DNA of 64,000 nt, taken from Squalus acanthias. Its lineage: Eukaryota. The notes under the pieces were generated by a model. It saw only the letters and a program-made list of their open reading frames with translations, did no database searches and was not told where the DNA came from. The translations under genes were made by a program, and so were the position numbers. The stretch lies in contig CM059446.1 in assembly GCA_030390025.1 (NCBI GenBank), positions 51,398,001 through 51,462,000 on the forward strand. Direction: 5' to 3'. Below, in pieces: positions 59,453-64,000 of the stretch (positions are counted from its first letter, which is position 1; each line of letters starts with the position of its first letter).

Positions 59453-59629
59453 GGGGTTGAAATTCATCACAAGCCGTGGCACAAAATGGGCAGAATCGGA
59501 TCGGATCGGCCGATCGTTATATGCTGCGCCTGATATTTACTTCTACTGACTGCGATGGAACTGAATATAACGGGCGGCCCCTCCGATATTGCCTGCTTTG
59601 CGCCACTGCCCGAGATGAATTTCTACCCC
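59453..59629. mobile_element. Palindromic Harbinger-type MITE inside an old CR1 fragment
   Basis: TIR GGGGTTGAAATTCATC / GATGAATTTCTACCCC with extended arms; flanks AAG / ATG. Confidence 0.8.
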
Positions 59630-60299
59630 ATGAACTCTATGTGAAGTGGGCTTGATAGGCCAAATGGCCTTTTCCCACTATGCTCTAAAAGATTTTAAAT
59701 GTAACGGAACTGCCTGAGAACTTTTTAAAATTACACTGCAGATGAGTTGCAATTGGTGTGAGAATCTGTCTCCATGAGATGGTCTTGCCTAAATTCAATT
59801 TGGATATCTCCACATCATGTCTATAAAGGGTGCATTAATGCAAAGCTGAAATTTTGGCTTCATATGATGCAAACTGTATTTTATAACTACCCTACAATAC
59901 TAAGTTATCTAACAGATAATTATCAGAACTCTATAACCTACACATCTTAAAATGAATAATCAAAAGGAACAGTTTTTTTTTAATAGCTTGGGTCAAATTA
60001 TTAGTCATAAATGCAAATTATTCTCCACTTTCCCCATGACTAGAAATGTTTATCAAATGAAAATACAGAAAAGAGAGTGGAAATGTAATAGTTTGGTAGG
60101 AGTATATTTTACAAATTAAAATCTTCAATGCTGTCCTGAAGACACTGGTGCTGATCACCCTTCCATACAACTCCCAGGTGGGCATTCTTCCTGTGTGAGT
60201 CTAGACAGTGAGTGTAAGAGGACAATTGAAGCATGGATCCGCCAGCCCAATCCTCACATCCACACCTGCACCTTCACTCACTGGTCCATGCTTTTGTTA

Positions 60300-60842
60300 T
60301 ATCCAGACTCGACTATTCCAGTGCTCTCCTCCCATCTTCCATCCTCCACAAACTTAAGCTCATCTAAAACTCTGCTGCCCATATCCTAACTCGCACCAAG
60401 ACCCGTTCACCCATTACCCCTGTGCTCGCTGACCAAACATTGGCTCCCAGTCCAGCAACAACTCGAATTTAAAATTTGTATCCCTCCATGTTTCCAAATC
60501 CCTCCATGGCCTTGTCCCTCCTTATCTCTGTAACCTCCTCCAGCTGTACAATCCTCTGAGAACTCTGTGTTCTTCCAATTTTGGCCTTGTGTGCATCCCT
60601 GATTTCCTCCACCCTACCATAGGCAGCTGTGGCTTCAGCTGTCTAAGCCCTAAGCTCTCGAATTCCCTCCCTAAACCTCTCTGCATGCTCCTTAAAACCT
60701 ATCTCTTTGGCCAAGCTTTTGGTCACCTGTCCTGATATCTCCTTATGTGATTCGATGTCAAATTTTGTCTGATAATGCTCCTGTGAAATGCTTTGGGATG
60801 TTTTATTATGTTAAATGTGTTATATAACTGCAAGTTGTTATT
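60300..60842 (+). mobile_element. L2 LINE 3' fragment
   Basis: Degenerate HITPVL..HWLPV.Q..FKI region and L2 tail. Confidence 0.85.
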
Positions 60843-61659
60843 ATGGACAGTTGCTAAGTGGAGGCCAGACATTTCCCCACAAGAATGGGAAAGGAACTAT
60901 CGGCTGGAAGATACATGTGATATTGCATTATCAAACTCTTTTCTTCACAATTTTAATCCATTCAACAACAACAACAACTTGTATTTATATAGCACCTTTA
61001 ATGTAGTAAAAAGTCCCAAGGCACTTCACAGGGATTATGGGGAATTTTACACCAATGTAGTATGTTTGCATGATTATATCACATACTATCATTTCCAGGC
61101 TCAAAAGAACAATAATTACATTTTATTGGGTCCTTTTCACTTACTGTATAGAAGCTGTGATATCCTTGCCTGCTAATGGTATTCCCTTGCCTTCATTTAC
61201 TAGAGAGCATGAAAAGGATAGGGAACAGTATTGAATCCAAGCTTGGACAACACCCAACCAGTTCATGGCAAGTCGTCCATGGATGTAGGCCCAGAAATGC
61301 ATGTTGTAATTAATATGCCCATTGTAGTATGTGAAGCAGAGGTGGTCTGCAAATAGCCCCCTAGGCTGTATTTTGAATCCTATTACAGTATATAGTTCAC
61401 ACAAGAATCAATATACTGTAGATTACACACCATGCAATGCAATTTTACATGTAGAGATTGACTTGGTGAATAATATATCAATATTTATCACAACATCTAA
61501 TCTGTATTGCATGTACCTGAGGCATGCAATACCTGATCAGAGAATACTTGTTGATGCTTTATTGGTGCAAAGAAGCATTTCACAAAATATATTTTCCTCA
61601 ATTTCCTCCTCAAGATGCTAACTTGTGGAGTATAGTTCCATGGATGCTGGAAGACCTCT

Positions 61660-61960
61660 GATATAACCAGGGGGCATAGTTTCAAGGTAAGGGGCAGGAG
61701 GTTTAGAGGGGATTTGAGGAAAAACTTTTTCATCCAGAGGGTGGTTGGAATCTGGAACTCACTGCCTGAAAGGGTGGTAGAGGCAGGAACCCTCACAACA
61801 TTCAAGAAGCATTTAGATGAGCACTTGAAACGCCATAGAATACAAGGCTACGGACCAAGTGCTGGCAAATGGGATTAGAATAGATAGGGCTTGATGGCCG
61901 TCGCAGACACGATGGGCTGAAGGGCCTCTTTTTGTGCTGTATAACTCTATTACTCTATCT
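61660..61960 (+). mobile_element. CR1 3' end
   Basis: [51 protein letters not shown]; (ACTCTAT)2 tail. Confidence 0.9.
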
Positions 61961-62245
61961 CACCCAAGTGTCCATTCATCATGTGAGCCTAGACAAGTGT
62001 GTGTTGGTAGGCAGTTTCCTGTTGGGGGTCAGCACAGCCAGTCCTGAGCTGAAGCCCCTCCACACATGTACTTTCCAGCAGGTGTCATTTGATAGTGATT
62101 AGAAATGGCATCCCTCTTTAGCCCAGGTAGGAGGTCAGTTGTACCCCACATGCTGCTCAGGCTGAGAGCAGCTGACTCAGAGTAGAGTGGGGATAAAATC
62201 TTATATTTGTGATCTGCATAGTTCAATATTACACCATGTGCTTCC
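61961..62245 (-). mobile_element. Old tRNA-derived SINE
   Basis: Homologous to 915-1250. Confidence 0.5.
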
Positions 62246-62539
62246 TTAACCTGCAAAGCCATCAGGGGAATTGATGTCTGCCCTCTTATAAACAGTATTA
62301 TCATAGCTACAAGAATCATATATTTCATGGAATTACTCAACTGCCCACATACAGCAGGGAAACTAATGAAACTGTCCCAGAAGTGAATGAATGAGTGCAG
62401 TGAAGACCTGCTGTGTCTTTCTTTTTACTGAGACACTGAGATGAAAATTCATAGTGCAAGCTGAAGAGTGGAAATGTAGAAGAGAAGACGTAAATCAGGA
62501 AAACATACTTCTATTTATATAATGTTCTTATATTTCAAA

Positions 62540-62780
62540 TCTCTTGAATTGTATTGAAGTGCAGTTACAGTTACATAGGAAAATAAGCAGCCATTGTTGT
62601 GCACAGCAAGAAGCCACAAACAGCAGCTAGATGAATTACCAGTTAATCTGTTTCTGATGTTGGTTGAGGGAATAATTGAGCAGGACACCTGGAGTGCTCC
62701 CTGCTCTCCAAATAGTGCCTTGGGATCTTTGACATCCAACAGAACAGATAGTTGGAACCTTGGCTTAACATCGCAACCTT
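62540..62780 (-). mobile_element. DeuSINE-like SINE
   Basis: ACCAGTTAATCTGTTT..GATGTTGGTTGAGG and AAATAGTGCC.TGGGATCTTT antisense to 31625-31800. Confidence 0.7.
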
Positions 62781-63159
62781 CTAAGTCAAAAACACTGACT
62801 AAGTGACAAAAAGACTGGGTTTTAAAAGCCTGCAGATACTTAGAATTTAGGAAAACTGAAGGAGGTAAGGAGTGTTAAGGTCCTGAGAAAGAATAAGTTT
62901 GAGTAGGAGATATTGCAATAACCTCAATATCAACACAATGAAAATACAGGATGGAGTATCTGGAGCTTGGTTGGGACAAGAGAAAAATTGGGAATAACTT
63001 CATTAAATGTTTGGAATGGATCACACAGAGAATAATTAACAACTTGGAGTGAATCACATACTGGAATATAATTGAGGGTTCAGATATAAATTTAGGAGTA
63101 AAACTTGAGCAGTTTTTATAACAGAGCTTTTTCTCAGCTCCTTCCTCCAATTGCACTTT

Positions 63160-63458
63160 ATTCTTTCATTTCTGGTGTTGGGTTTGATTCCGTCCCAGAG
63201 TGAAGGGATGAAAGACTTTTCTCTCCGATGACCACAAAGGGTAGGCTTGGCACAGTATAACTATAGAACTGTCCATAATTTGGCCATCTTGCTCCAATAA
63301 GGCATAAAAGAAGGCCGATGTGGGAAATTTAAATGCCACACTGATTCAAACCCTCTTTTTATGCTGGACTTTAGGGTAAATCATTGGAGGAAGATTCATA
63401 GGAGCTCGATGCTGCCTGTGCTATACCAAATCTTAGCAATGCATATGCTGACTGTTGG
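63160..63458 (+). mobile_element. Degenerate LF-SINE-like element
   Basis: TGGGTTTGATTCC...GGGATGAAAG and TGTGCTATACC...ATGCTGAC blocks match 7430-7480 and 7975-8020. Confidence 0.4.
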
Positions 63459-63459
63459 A

Positions 63460-64000
63460 CTCTCTCAATCCCCCCATGGCCTCTGTGCTGCCAGATTGCT
63501 TCTCTGATATCAAGCCTTGGATGAGCTGCAATTTCCTTCAGTTAAACATTGCCTTTGCACCCCACGACAAACCCTGTACCTTTATCACTGATTCTATTCC
63601 CCTGTTTGGCCACTGTCTCAGGTTTAACCAGATGGTTTGCATTCTATTTGACCCCAATCTGAGCTTTCAACCCCATAATCTCTCCATCACAAAGATCGCC
63701 TACTTTCACCTCCATAACATTGCTCCCCTCTGCACCTGCTTCAGCCTATCTGCTGCTGAAACTCTCATCCATGATTTGTCACCTCCAGCTTCAACTATTC
63801 TAATGCTTTCAAGGCCAGCCTCCCACCCTTCACGCTCTGTAAACTTCCGTTAATCCAAAACTTTGCTGCCCATATCCTATCCCACACTAAGTCCCACTCA
63901 CCATCACTCCTTGCTGACCCACATTGGCTCCCAGTCCTCCATTGCCTCCAAATTAAAATTCTTATTCTGGTGTTTAAATCCATCATGGTCTCACGCCTCC
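63460..64000 (+). mobile_element. L2 LINE RT C-terminal fragment (runs off window)
   Basis: CFSDIKPWMSCNFLQLN, FDPNLSFQPH..SITKIAYFHLHNIA..LS.SAAETLIH. Confidence 0.92.

Noticed and set aside
1-64000. Conserved microRNA genes or a named host gene
   Set aside because: I spotted no mature sequence of common vertebrate miRNAs and no recognisable host exon by eye; small exons could have been missed.

Overview
This is a eukaryotic, non-genic window. The repeat landscape points to a cartilaginous fish (shark): CR1 and L2 LINE 3' fragments, tRNA-, Deu- and LF-like SINEs, Penelope-derived elements and Harbinger/hAT MITEs. I recognise no host protein-coding gene. The only protein-like sequences are decayed CR1/L2 reverse-transcriptase fragments and an internally deleted ~3.1-kb PIF/Harbinger transposon (26111-29249) with a truncated transposase and a three-exon Myb/SANT-like gene. 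Its empty insertion site survives in a neighbouring local duplication. The most notable signal is a young, TSD-flanked, near-perfect palindromic Penelope-type element (5640-5859) carrying a complete minimal type I hammerhead ribozyme on each strand; a second hammerhead-bearing family is scattered through the window. From about 34 to 58.5 kb the DNA has fewer transposons, retains CpG and holds many motif-dense blocks resembling conserved non-coding enhancers of a developmental gene outside the window. There is also a 44/39-bp minisatellite with a detached orphan unit and several short local duplications. Repeat family names and boundaries were assigned by eye from recalled consensus features and are approximate.
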